From an uncultured bacterium (GTDB lineage Bacteria; Babelota; Babeliae; Babelales; Vermiphilaceae): a stretch of DNA of 64,000 nucleotides. Numbering within the stretch: the stretch's first letter is position 1; each line of letters starts with the position of its first letter. Shown piece after piece: positions 32,820 to 42,613 of the stretch. The position numbers were made by a program, and so were the translations under genes. The notes beneath the pieces were generated by a model. It did not search any database, had not been told where the DNA came from, and was given only the letters and a program-made list of their open reading frames with translations. The stretch covers positions 15,035 through 79,034 of the forward strand of contig CAVWHE010000006.1 in assembly GCA_963754845.1 (NCBI GenBank), written 5' to 3'.

Positions 32820-35800
32820 TTATGACCGAAAAAAGCGGTCAATGAAGCGCATCTTCTCTTCGTCGCACTTTTTCATGGAGGCGTTCGTTCGGCAGGGCCC
32901 GAGAATCGCGGTAAGCTCTTCATTTGAACGGGCAAGATTGGCAAGGAATTGTGAATCCTGCAGCTGCATCCACGAGTATAACGATGAAGCGAAAGCTCGT
33001 TTTTCTTGGTCGTGCTCACACGCGGAATCAAATTTGGCTAGAGCATGGGCGGCCGAAGAAAAATGGCTCCTATGAGCACATTCGGTGGCGCGGAGCCCAG
33101 GACATATATCCTTCGCTGTCCACGCGTAGAGTGAGCGTAAAAATGCACCACGTGCCTGATGACACACCTGCGGCCCCGGTTCTTCAAGGAGAGACGGGAT
33201 GATGGTGTTCGCAAGAAGCCGCGACGTGCTGTAGTTTGTTCCACACACATCGCGCGCCAAAAAATCAAGCCATTGCGGTTGTACGAGCCTGCTATACATT
33301 GCTGAAAGCAAATGTTTGTAGGCGCTTGAAACGGCATCGCAGGACGTGCCGTGGTGCACACACAAAAGAATCCACGACACAAGCTCGGCTGCTCCGAGGG
33401 GAAGCATGTTTCCAGCCTCAAGTTCGGTGCCAAGACATTCGCATATGAGGTCAAAAAAATGATTGAGGGAATCTTGGCGTTCCGTCGATGCCCTACTTTT
33501 AACGAGTGTAGCAAGGAGCGACGAGATCCTTGCGGAGCTTGTCGCACAATCTTTTATTACTGAAACATGAGGCGCCAAGGTGTGGCATAGTGTATCGATA
33601 AGGTTCCGCCGTGCTCCCTCCTCGCTTGATGGCAACGGAGAAGAAAGAATGATTTCTACGAGCTCTGCAGCTTCGCTTTTTTCCTCATGGATGCGCTCTG
33701 TCAGCGCCTTTATTGCCGCGCCACCTGCTGCTGCTTCGTAGAGGCTTTTCATGAGTTTTGTGGAGCACAAGCGCGGCTGCCGTACTTCGATGAGAGCACG
33801 GATGCGTGCAACGGGTTCTGAGAGTACAAACGACGCGGCCATGTGCACATCCTCGGGCCATCGCTCGAGAAGGTTCTGCACGAAGTGGTCACCATGAGCG
33901 TCGTCCTGGCCCTGCTGGCCGCTCCATGTGCGCAAACGGTTCACGAGCTTTTCGATGATTACGTGGGCCTGCCCGTGTGAGAGGTTTTTGAGTAACTCTG
34001 GTCGTGGCGTCCAGAAGCAGACGTCACGTGACGCCGATCGACCATCGAGGACGAGCTTGAGGGCGCACAGCAACCCCAGGGACGTAGTTTGGCGTTCAAA
34101 GATGTTTCTCGTCAGCGAACCACAATCGCTGACCGCACCCAAAAATGCCATCATGCTTCCCTCATCACTGGCCACATGTTTGCTCGCCGAGCACACAATC
34201 CTCGCCAGAACTTCGCCGCCATCGGCTGCCATAATGCCGCCACTGACTTCAGCATTTTTCCATGCCACTGCTATGCCAAGAGCAGCTGCCATGAAGTCGC
34301 CTTCTGTGGCCAAGGGCAGCGCGTAAAGCGCGAGGCCACCGTTGGTATCGCGAAAAGCTGGAAGCCGAAAAAGACTCGTATACGAGGTTGGCAAGGAGGC
34401 AGAGAGGCACGCGTGGGCAAAGGAAAGCGGCGCTTCTCTTCTGCCTATGCCAACCATGAGCGCGTCAAGGAAATCGTTGGCATCGTCCTGCCGTTGAGGG
34501 GTAAGTGAAAAATGAAGGTTTGAAAATTTCCACGAAAGCGTCGGGGCGGCGACGCCGTTTCTTGAAAACGTAAGATCAACTTCATTATCGGTAAAAAAGC
34601 ACGCGGCCTCAGGACCCGTCAAAGGATGTCGGGGAGCGATCTCCATGTCAATATCGACGCCAGGTTTTTTGAGCTTATGAGCAAGATCGTCAAGCGAGGT
34701 AACTCCCGGACACAGGGTTGAAAGAACTTTCATGATATTATCAAAGCCCGGACGTATGTTGCACACGCATACTTTGCCGCCCCGCGACTCGCTGTAGGCC
34801 ACGCCGGGAAGTTCTGAGACAACGTGTGCCCAGTCACCGTGTGCTTGAGGTGTATCTATGCCCTCGGCGGTGGGACGGCGCTCGTAAAAATCTGTAACTG
34901 GCGCGACAAAGCCTACGTCGCGGAGTATCTGCGGGCAAAATTTCTTGGTCCCTGAATCGTAGCAAATGGTATTAATAAGGTTGCGCAGCGACGTTTCTCC
35001 GCAATCGGGAAACCCCTTGCCTTTGTAAGGGGCATCGCACACCATGTCGACCGTGGGTGGCAATATCACATCGTAGATTTCAAAACCTCCGCGTGCAAAT
35101 GTTAGTTCATCAAGAGGCCATGAGGCGATATACTCAGGCAACGCAAGGGCAGCTTCTTTAAGATCTTCGTAGTCGGCGAACGTGAAAGGTCGCTCTTCAA
35201 GGTCAGATGGCCACGTGTAAAGGTGGGAAGGTTCGATGCCAAGGCCGTGTGCGACGGCATCCATGTACGCACGTACGTCGGCGATGGTATGCCCCTTCTT
35301 CCATAAAAATGCTGCAAGCATACCGGGAACGAGGTCGCGCGAAGAGCGTCCGTCGAAACCAGCCTGTGAGGCACGCGCCAAAATTTTACTAAAACGCTCA
35401 ATGCGTGGGTCGCCGGCATCAAGAAGCCTCTGTGCCGTTGCTATCTTTGCCGTCAAACTATCGCGGCGTGCATCAAGCACGCGTAGTTCCTCCTTGAGTC
35501 TCTGGCCCTTCAGAGCGTATTCACGTCGCACCTGCTTACGGCTCACCGTGGACTGGTCGCCGAACGCACGTAGTTCGATGGTTTGCGGCTCTCGTTCGCG
35601 AAGCATACGATTCGTCGACGTCAACGCCTGGCTGAGCTCAGCATGGTTACGCTCAAGGTCGCCGAGCTCTCTTGCCAGCGTATCAAGAGATTTTTGCGTA
35701 TGCTCGGCGATACCAAACTTTACTGCCGACGCAAGCTCGTCACGTATAATGCCATGTACATTTTTGTAAACGAGTGCGGCGAGAGTTCCGGCAGTAGCGC

Positions 35801-36182
35801 AGCTAAAATGGGCTGCAGCTTTGCTTGTATGGCTTGTTGCATCAAGAGAGCCGTCGGTTGCGACATGAAAAAGTTCTCCAGCAAGTTCGCCAAGTGGATC
35901 ATCAGCCGGGGCATGAAGACTGACATTTTTTATGAAATTGCTTGAAAGAATAGCAGCACCCGTTGCGGGACTCAGGAGTTCCTGACAATCGTCCACAACG
36001 ATGAAGCTATCCTTGGCATCGGGTGTTGCGCCCGAATGCGGTACTTTTATGCTCGTGGCGATGCCAGTGGCCAGTCCGCGCAAAGCCGTGAGGTGTATAC
36101 CAGCACGCACCGCCGCCCCAACCATGATGATGGCGAAGGAGACGATGCTTGCACATAGATTTAGACGCTGAGGATACCTCAT
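32820..36182 (-). CDS. 1120-aa membrane-anchored orphan protein (coiled coil, central Cys-containing domain, helical-repeat C-terminal half)
   Basis: This is a single long ORF. The N-terminal TM segment is LCASIVSFAIIMVGAAVRAG. A coiled coil spans aa ~170-270. The motif KGKGFPDCGETSLRNLINTICYD lies in the middle (Cys codon 35003-35001). The C-terminal half is Leu/Ala-rich and helical. I recognised no family. Confidence 0.7.
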   Translation of the reverse strand: MRYPQRLNLCASIVSFAIIMVGAAVRAGIHLTALRGLATGIATSIKVPHSGATPDAKDSFIVVDDCQELLSPATGAAILSSNFIKNVSLHAPADDPLGELAGELFHVATDGSLDATSHTSKAAAHFSCATAGTLAALVYKNVHGIIRDELASAVKFGIAEHTQKSLDTLARELGDLERNHAELSQALTSTNRMLREREPQTIELRAFGDQSTVSRKQVRREYALKGQRLKEELRVLDARRDSLTAKIATAQRLLDAGDPRIERFSKILARASQAGFDGRSSRDLVPGMLAAFLWKKGHTIADVRAYMDAVAHGLGIEPSHLYTWPSDLEERPFTFADYEDLKEAALALPEYIASWPLDELTFARGGFEIYDVILPPTVDMVCDAPYKGKGFPDCGETSLRNLINTICYDSGTKKFCPQILRDVGFVAPVTDFYERRPTAEGIDTPQAHGDWAHVVSELPGVAYSESRGGKVCVCNIRPGFDNIMKVLSTLCPGVTSLDDLAHKLKKPGVDIDMEIAPRHPLTGPEAACFFTDNEVDLTFSRNGVAAPTLSWKFSNLHFSLTPQRQDDANDFLDALMVGIGRREAPLSFAHACLSASLPTSYTSLFRLPAFRDTNGGLALYALPLATEGDFMAAALGIAVAWKNAEVSGGIMAADGGEVLARIVCSASKHVASDEGSMMAFLGAVSDCGSLTRNIFERQTTSLGLLCALKLVLDGRSASRDVCFWTPRPELLKNLSHGQAHVIIEKLVNRLRTWSGQQGQDDAHGDHFVQNLLERWPEDVHMAASFVLSEPVARIRALIEVRQPRLCSTKLMKSLYEAAAGGAAIKALTERIHEEKSEAAELVEIILSSPLPSSEEGARRNLIDTLCHTLAPHVSVIKDCATSSARISSLLATLVKSRASTERQDSLNHFFDLICECLGTELEAGNMLPLGAAELVSWILLCVHHGTSCDAVSSAYKHLLSAMYSRLVQPQWLDFLARDVCGTNYSTSRLLANTIIPSLLEEPGPQVCHQARGAFLRSLYAWTAKDICPGLRATECAHRSHFSSAAHALAKFDSACEHDQEKRAFASSLYSWMQLQDSQFLANLARSNEELTAILGPCRTNASMKKCDEEKMRFIDRFFRS

Positions 36183-36210
36183 GAGAGAGAACTCCTTTTT
36201 TGTGTGCTCT

Positions 36211-37062
36211 TAGGCCCTGTTGACTTTTTATCGGAGCCATATGCAAGTCCCCACAAAAAGCAGAAAGGCCCGGTAATTGCGCAGCTTTTTATCGAAACGA
36301 GAAAAAATGCGTCTGTACTGCTTAATCTTTGAAAAGAAACACTCGATGACAGACCTCTCCTTGTAGACGTGTTTGTCGTATTCCACAACTTGCGTTCGAT
36401 TACTTTTGCCTGGGATTACCGGGCAACAATTTTGAGCCCTTATTTGCCTGCGAAAAGGGTCCGAGTCATACCCCATGTCACCGATGATATGCGATTCAGA
36501 ATCTCCCTTAATAAGCTCCTCTCCTTGGGTGATGTCGGCAACTTGGCCTGGTGTAATAATGAATTTAAGAGGATTTCCGAGAGCATCAACCTTAGCATGG
36601 ACCTTTGTAGTGAAGCCCCCCTTGCTTCGCCCAAGACCCTCTTCTGCTTGTTTGCCGTGGCCAGCTGCGCACGGATGTGCTCTGACTATTGTTGCGTCAA
36701 CAGACAGATACTCCTGGTCAGGGTCGTGTATACAAAAGGCAAAAAGTTTCTCCCATACGCCCTTTTTGCTCCAGGCATCGAATCTTTTGTATACACTGTT
36801 CCACGCGCCGTATCGTTCTGGCAACTCCCTCCATTGCGCTCCAGTTCGCATAATCCAGTACACTGCCTCAACGAAGTTCCTGAGCCTTTCTTCGCTGACG
36901 ACGTAAATTTTGGCGTCTTCTTTCAGGAAGGCAAACATTTTTTCCCACGCATCACTTGTGATATACTTTCCCTGCATGATAGCTCCTGTTCGAGTGTTCC
37001 ATTTTTTTGGATTGGAGTTATCATGCAAAAAAATCAGCGTTTTGAAAAGTCAACAGGGCCTA
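36211..37062 (-). mobile_element. IS5-family (IS427/IS1031-like size class) insertion sequence, apparently intact
   Basis: Perfect 18-bp terminal inverted repeats are present: TAGGCCCTGTTGACTTTT (36211-36228) and AAAAGTCAACAGGGCCTA (37045-37062). They enclose an 852-bp element with one uninterrupted DDE transposase ORF. Confidence 0.85.
36228..36977 (-). CDS. IS5-family DDE transposase
   Basis: The sequence reads MQGKYITSDAWEKMFAFLKE...YWIMRTGAQWRELPERYGAWNSVYKRFDAWSKKGVWEKLF...LSVDATIVRAH...GRSKGGFTTKVHA.VDALGNP...GDMGYDSD...YKERSVIECFFSKIKQYRRIFSRFDK. This is the typical IS5/IS427 pattern. The start is placed at ATG 36977 inside ORF 36228..37028. Confidence 0.9.
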   Translation of the reverse strand: MQGKYITSDAWEKMFAFLKEDAKIYVVSEERLRNFVEAVYWIMRTGAQWRELPERYGAWNSVYKRFDAWSKKGVWEKLFAFCIHDPDQEYLSVDATIVRAHPCAAGHGKQAEEGLGRSKGGFTTKVHAKVDALGNPLKFIITPGQVADITQGEELIKGDSESHIIGDMGYDSDPFRRQIRAQNCCPVIPGKSNRTQVVEYDKHVYKERSVIECFFSKIKQYRRIFSRFDKKLRNYRAFLLFVGTCIWLR

Positions 37063-37449
37063 GTAATTGAGGCTTTGACAGAAAAAATCAACAGGCTCGC
37101 AATAGGCTCGCAACAGGCTCGAGCAGACAACATTAAAAAACTGAAGTATGTTTTAAAAGAACAACCATCTTCTATAAATTCTGGCACGTAAAATTCTTTC
37201 TGTCAAAATCACGATGCAAAAATTGGCAATAATTAATCGATAATTGTTTCCTTTGAAATACTTTTTGCGTAAACTTATTGACAAATTTCAAATTAATTCT
37301 GTAGGATTAGTCTTGTCCCGCATGTGCACAACGCGATGGGTGCGTGCGTCGCATGTGGCGCGTGCTCGCCGGGCATCGTTGGCGGGGTGGGTTGCTTTTT
37401 GTGTAGTTATTGTGTCTTATCGTTGTAAGTATTGAGGGGAGGTTTTCAC

Positions 37450-38220
37450 ATGAAGAAAAAATTAGTTTTAGCCGCGTGTGTGGTCTCTTTGAACGTCGGG
37501 GCGTCTTTGTTCGGTGGGGGCGGAGGATATCAGGAAGGATACCAAGAAGGATACCGGGAAGGATACCGGGAAGGATACCAGAGGGGATACCAGAAGAAAC
37601 AAAAGCGGGAGGCACTTTCGAAGGAAGATGCCATGCAAAGGCTGCATCGTATGTGGCAAGCACTGCCAATGGAAACGACGCTTCCCATGATCCCGCATGA
37701 TATCTTTGGACGTATCGTTAGGAATAGGGGCACAGGCACTATTGCCAGGCAAGAAAACGAGCCAGGTGAAGTTACAGTTAACGTAGAAAACACACTGCCA
37801 ACGATGGTATACGTCGTTGCCTATCCTTTCACTCCACCGAACGAGCAGGGTCTTGTTACTCCAGCCGGTTCAACAGGGTCTGAAGTTGGAGTGATTTTTC
37901 TCAATCAGCCGCTTAGTGCAGCTCGCTTACCTAAGGCCGCAATGTTCGGTGCTCTTGGTTCGTCGAACCCAATGAAACTTCCCGTCGCTGATCTGCAAAT
38001 TCGTGTTATGCCGGTAAAACCCGTAAATAACATAAAATTTCAGTTAAAAAGCAATCTCGGATTTCCCGAGTTGTTTGCTGACATACGTGCCACTTACCTC
38101 GAAAAAACCAAGAAGATCACCATAGAACAAGTAACCTCTTCTGATCTTGGGATTGTTTTCGGCCTTTCTCTCATTGGCGAGGACGATCAAAGCTTCGAAT
38201 TTATTCCTTTAAAGAAATAA
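37450..38220 (+). CDS. Secreted hypothetical protein with (G-Y-x-x)6 repeat
   Basis: The RBS GAGGGGAGG lies 8 nt upstream of ATG 37450. The signal peptide is MKKKLVLAACVVSLNVGASLFG. Then comes GGGG-GYQE-GYQE-GYRE-GYRE-GYQR-GYQK, followed by a ~200-aa non-repetitive domain. Confidence 0.65.
   Translation: MKKKLVLAACVVSLNVGASLFGGGGGYQEGYQEGYREGYREGYQRGYQKKQKREALSKEDAMQRLHRMWQALPMETTLPMIPHDIFGRIVRNRGTGTIARQENEPGEVTVNVENTLPTMVYVVAYPFTPPNEQGLVTPAGSTGSEVGVIFLNQPLSAARLPKAAMFGALGSSNPMKLPVADLQIRVMPVKPVNNIKFQLKSNLGFPELFADIRATYLEKTKKITIEQVTSSDLGIVFGLSLIGEDDQSFEFIPLKK
37525..37596 (+). repeat. Six tandem 12-bp units (GGATAYCRRGAR) inside the CDS
   Basis: The units are ggatatcaggaa, ggataccaagaa, ggataccgggaa, ggataccgggaa, ggataccagagg, ggataccagaag. 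Confidence 0.9.
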
Positions 38221-38318
38221 AAATGAACCAAGTCCTTCCACCGACTACTACGCCGACGCCTCCGTCGTCATGAGACTGAGCAGCCTCTTCGCGGTCTACT
38301 TCATTCGTCGTACAAAGT

Positions 38319-38348
38319 GGGCGCGCGCTGCGCGCCCTTGTGTTTGTG
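38319..38348. terminator. GC-rich hairpin between convergent genes (candidate bidirectional terminator)
   Basis: GGGCGCGC-gct-GCGCGCCC (38319-38337) is followed by TTGTGTTTGTG. It lies between the stop of 37450..38220 (+) and the stop of pepA (-). Confidence 0.45.
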
Positions 38349-38396
38349 CGCTCGGCTTTTTTTGCTCGCCCTGCGCGTGCTTTTAACGAAGCACGC

Positions 38397-39965
38397 TCAC
38401 GATGTCCTGACGGCACCGTCTGCAGGTGTAGCTCCGTGTGGTTGCTTATTCCAATTCATGGCAAGTTCAATGAGAAGACGGACGCCGGCGCCTGTTGCAC
38501 CCGATCGATAGTAACTGACACCGGGAACATCAAATGCCGTGCCGGCTATATCAAGATGGGCCCAGGGAACTGAGCCGACAAAGTTTTGCAAAAAACACGC
38601 TGCCGTTATCGTTCCGGCCATGTATTTGCGGTTACCCGTGTTTTTGATGTCGGCGTACTCTGATTTTATCGCGGCTTTGTAATCCTCAGAAAGCGGTAAG
38701 CGCCATACGCGGTCACCGGAAACTCGTGATGCTTCAAGTATCCGCGCAACGAGGGCGTCATGCGCACTCAGGAGTCCGCTGTAAAAAGGGCCGAGGGCAA
38801 CGACACAGGCGCCCGTGAGTGTTGCCACGTCAACGATGGCGTCGAGCGTGTAGTGCTTAACCGCATAAGCGAGGGCGTCGGCAAGAATGAGTCGTCCTTC
38901 GGCATCGGTATTGAGAACCTCGGCTGTCATGCCGTTGTAGAGGGTGATGATGTCACCAGGCTTGAGGGCCTTGCCACTCGGCAAGTTTTCAGTCAAGGGC
39001 ACGATAGCAACGATGTTGACGTCGGGTTCAAGCGAACCAAGCGCGTCCATCGCTCCAACAACGGCGGCAGCGCCCGCCATATCGGATTTCATCGTCTCCA
39101 TACCATCCGATGGCTTGATGCTGAGGCCACCTGAATCAAACGTAATGCCCTTGCCAACAAAGCCGATTGTGCGCGCGTTGGGATTTTTACTCGTGTATTC
39201 AAGAACGACGAGGTGACAATCGCGCTCAGACCCGCGCGATACACCGGCAAGGCCTCCCATACCCATGTGTCTTACTTCGTGCTCAACAAACGTCGTTATT
39301 TTAAAGCCGTGAAAAACGGCTATTTCACGAGCGCGTTCTGCAAGCCAGCTCGGCGTTGCATAATCCGCTGGCAGGTCGCTCCAATGGCGAGCGATGCGCA
39401 CGCCACGCGCACAGAGAGATCCGTACGTGAGAGCAGGTTGCCCAGAATGTGGTTCACCGAAGCCGTCCACAAGCTTTACGGTAAGCTCCGGCACCTGCTT
39501 GCGACTGGCATCGGTGATAAAATCGTCGCAATGATAATACGCCATGTCGACAGCTATGACGGTTTGGCCTACGAGATAGTCTTGACTGACGCCGATGGCG
39601 TCAGGAATTGGCAGCTGCAGAACAAGCTCGTCAACCTTAAGCTCTGCGGCTCGGCGTACGATGGAGCCTATGGCGCGTCGATAGCGCTCAAAGACCTCAG
39701 CACCACCACCGCCTGTTGGCCCCAGGCCAGCGACAATAACGTTAATGAGGCCGCGGTCGGTAGCGAAGGGGGCAACGAGGTAATGACCACACTCGCAAAC
39801 ATAGGGATGGCCGTCGATAACCTTTGCAAGGCCGGGGGTGTGGTATCTTTCGAGGGTTCCAATCGTAATGCCGTCATGGTATTCAGGGCCCATGACAAAG
39901 GCGTAGCATCGGGCAGCGACATCGGCAAGGGGTGATTTTTCATAGACAAAACGTACAACGCTCAT
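38397..39965 (-). CDS. pepA: Leucyl aminopeptidase (M17 family)
   Basis: The M17 signature NTDAEGRLILADALAYA is present. So are the metal-ligand blocks VGKGITFDSGGLSIKP and MKSDMAGAA. Confidence 0.9.
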   Translation of the reverse strand: MSVVRFVYEKSPLADVAARCYAFVMGPEYHDGITIGTLERYHTPGLAKVIDGHPYVCECGHYLVAPFATDRGLINVIVAGLGPTGGGGAEVFERYRRAIGSIVRRAAELKVDELVLQLPIPDAIGVSQDYLVGQTVIAVDMAYYHCDDFITDASRKQVPELTVKLVDGFGEPHSGQPALTYGSLCARGVRIARHWSDLPADYATPSWLAERAREIAVFHGFKITTFVEHEVRHMGMGGLAGVSRGSERDCHLVVLEYTSKNPNARTIGFVGKGITFDSGGLSIKPSDGMETMKSDMAGAAAVVGAMDALGSLEPDVNIVAIVPLTENLPSGKALKPGDIITLYNGMTAEVLNTDAEGRLILADALAYAVKHYTLDAIVDVATLTGACVVALGPFYSGLLSAHDALVARILEASRVSGDRVWRLPLSEDYKAAIKSEYADIKNTGNRKYMAGTITAACFLQNFVGSVPWAHLDIAGTAFDVPGVSYYRSGATGAGVRLLIELAMNWNKQPHGATPADGAVRTS

Positions 39966-40329
39966 AATGTCCTCGCAAAGGCAAGTGGGTAACCACTCAT
40001 CATCACACGCGCGCGCAGATCGACCTCACGCAGAAATTCGAGCACAACGCCCCGCCCATGTACCTGGTCACAGGAACGACGTCGCGCACTCGCTTCTTAG
40101 AGTACTCCAGCGAGCCAACTATACAAGGAGTGCGTGTGAGTCGCACACAACGGGGTGCATCTTGTATGCCGCGCTACCGCACACGTGTGACAGCATTGCT
40201 TCCACAAACGCCTCACACACACAGCCCGCCAGCCGACCTGGACGTCAGTCGATGCTTTTGGTATATTGTCCATATCACGTAAAGAATATAGCACAGTATT
40301 TCGACACTACCGTCATGCGAGGATAAGGT

Positions 40330-40659
40330 ATGGAAGCCACGAAAATTACTGAAAGATATGCTATTTTTCAGTCAGGCGGCAAGCAGTACCAGGCAATCGA
40401 AGGAACAACGATTGCCTTGGAAAAGATCGAGGGCGAACCTGGCAACACTCTTGAATTTCGGGAAGTTCTGCTTCGCAAGCTCAGCAACGATGAGGTTGAA
40501 ATTGGGCGGCCGCACGTGAGCACACCCATCAAGGCCTCGATTGTTAAACAAATGAAAGCGCCTAAAGTTATCTCTTTTCGTTTCAAACGCCGCAAAAAAG
40601 TTCAAGTAAAAAAGGGTCATCGGCAGCTCATGACCATCGTTCGCATTGAGGCAATTTGA
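40330..40659 (+). CDS. rplU: 50S ribosomal protein L21
   Basis: 109 aa. It reads YAIFQSGGKQYQAIEGTTIALEKIEG...KVISFRFKRRKKVQVKKGHRQ..T.V.I..I. Confidence 0.9.
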   Translation: MEATKITERYAIFQSGGKQYQAIEGTTIALEKIEGEPGNTLEFREVLLRKLSNDEVEIGRPHVSTPIKASIVKQMKAPKVISFRFKRRKKVQVKKGHRQLMTIVRIEAI

Positions 40660-40746
40660 AGTTCCTCACACAGATTCAAAAGGGAAATCGCGGGCAGCTG
40701 CAGTATGTGCGATGACCTCACATAATTTTTCTCTCTGAGGCTCCGT

Positions 40747-42591
40747 ATGAATCACGAGTCTGCCGAGAGTTGCTGCGCACGCGTGGCGCAGGAAGTGCGC
40801 GACGTTGTTGGCGCCATCGGCATTGTTTTTGGTGACATAGGAACGAGTCCACTCTACGCCCTCGTCGCCATTTTTTCCCTTCTGCCAGTTTCTCTTGATA
40901 ATGTCGTCGGAACCGTTTCTCTCATAATCTGGACACTCATTTTTGTTGTTTCGGTCCAGTATGCCTGGCTTGCCATGAGCCTCAGCAAGAAAGGCGAGGG
41001 CGGCACCGTTGTGCTTCGTGAGATCATAAAATCACTCCTGAGTTCGAAGACGGCCGTAACTTCCATAACGCTTATGTCCTTCGTGGGGATAGCGCTCTTT
41101 ATGGGCGATGGCGTCATAACGCCAGCAATCAGCATCCTGGGGGCCGTTGAAGGTCTTCGTCTCATACCCATTTTTTCAACGCTCAGCACGGCAACCCTTG
41201 TTGCCATTGGCGCTGCCATCGCCGTTGCCCTTTTTTGCCTTCAGCGCCGCGGCGTCGAAGGCGTCTCAGGGATGTTCGGACCAATTATGGTCGTATGGTT
41301 TTGTGTCATAGGCGTCTCCGGCTTTGCCGAACTCATACATGAACCAAGCATACTTTTGGCCTTTAATCCCTACTACGGTATCAAGTGCCTCTTCACCAAT
41401 GGACTGGCGACGTCGGCCTTCATCTTGTCAGGTATCATACTGTGTGCAACGGGGGGCGAGGCGCTCTACGCCGACATGGGTCACATGGGACGCAGGCCCA
41501 TCAGGCAAGCCTGGGTCATCGTGCTCATATCACTCGTGCTTAACTACATGGGACAGGGAGCGTTTTTGCTCGCCCATCCGGAAGCCAACCTCATCTTTCA
41601 CGAAATGTTTTATCACCAGGTTCCGTGGCTCTACGTACCCTTCCTCGGCCTCTGTGTTGTCGCCGCCGTTATAGCTTCGCAGGCCATGATCAGTGGCGTC
41701 TTTGCCGTGGTTTATCAGGGTATAACAACCGGCATGCTTCCACGTTTCAAAGTTGATTACACATCGCAACGTTTTCACGCCCAAGTCTACGTCGGTTTTA
41801 TTAACTGGCTTCTTTTGGGCGCCGTCGTTTTCATGATGATCCGCTTTAAAAGTGTCGAAAACCTCGCAGCTGCTTACGGCATGGCAGTGAGCGGAACAAT
41901 GCTCATAACGAGTACGTTCATCACTCTCATCTTTCGGCTTCGCCGACAACCGTACCGGCAGGCTTTGGCAACCGTGCTTATCGTGATTAACTTCGTTTTT
42001 GTATGTACGTCGCTCACAAAACTCACCCAGGGCGGAATCTATTCGCTCATTATTGCCCTTGTTCCACTGAGCATCATTGTCATCTACTACTTTGGCCGCA
42101 AAAAGATGCACCGCCTCGTCGAATCAGTGCCGCTGACGAAGTTTCTCGAAGTATACAAATCAGCATATGCGCGTGCAACCAAGATCGGCGGCACCGCTGT
42201 CTTTTTTATGCGTGATTCCCGCGCCGTGCAACCCTATCTTGTACAAACAATGGTCGACAACGGCATCATTTACGATGACAACATCATCGTCTCAGTTGTG
42301 CAAGACGACACGCCCTACGGCATCGGTGGGTCCTTCAAAGAGAAGCTCGCCGACGGGCTGCGCGTCTTTGAGATCCATTGCGGATACATGGAGGTACCCA
42401 ACATTGAAAAGATACTTCACAACGCCGGTATTGACATCAAGGTCATCTTTTTCGGCCTCGACGAAATTGTGACACGCAACCCGGTGTGGCGAATTTTTTC
42501 GATTATTAAACGCCTCGCGCCGACCTTTGTGCGCTTTCACAAATTACCTCCCAATAAAATACACGGCGTCGTGACACTCATCAACATGTAA
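40747..42591 (+). CDS. kup: KUP/HAK/KT potassium uptake protein
   Basis: 614 aa. The N-terminal signature is GIVFGDIGTSPLYAL. Twelve hydrophobic segments follow, then a cytoplasmic C-terminal domain. Confidence 0.9.
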   Translation: MNHESAESCCARVAQEVRDVVGAIGIVFGDIGTSPLYALVAIFSLLPVSLDNVVGTVSLIIWTLIFVVSVQYAWLAMSLSKKGEGGTVVLREIIKSLLSSKTAVTSITLMSFVGIALFMGDGVITPAISILGAVEGLRLIPIFSTLSTATLVAIGAAIAVALFCLQRRGVEGVSGMFGPIMVVWFCVIGVSGFAELIHEPSILLAFNPYYGIKCLFTNGLATSAFILSGIILCATGGEALYADMGHMGRRPIRQAWVIVLISLVLNYMGQGAFLLAHPEANLIFHEMFYHQVPWLYVPFLGLCVVAAVIASQAMISGVFAVVYQGITTGMLPRFKVDYTSQRFHAQVYVGFINWLLLGAVVFMMIRFKSVENLAAAYGMAVSGTMLITSTFITLIFRLRRQPYRQALATVLIVINFVFVCTSLTKLTQGGIYSLIIALVPLSIIVIYYFGRKKMHRLVESVPLTKFLEVYKSAYARATKIGGTAVFFMRDSRAVQPYLVQTMVDNGIIYDDNIIVSVVQDDTPYGIGGSFKEKLADGLRVFEIHCGYMEVPNIEKILHNAGIDIKVIFFGLDEIVTRNPVWRIFSIIKRLAPTFVRFHKLPPNKIHGVVTLINM

Positions 42592-42613
42592 GCGGGCAGC
42601 CGCTTCAAATGTA

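Noticed and set aside
36369-37070. 233-aa plus-strand ORF inside the IS5 element
   Set aside because: It is antisense to the clearly recognisable IS5-family transposase.
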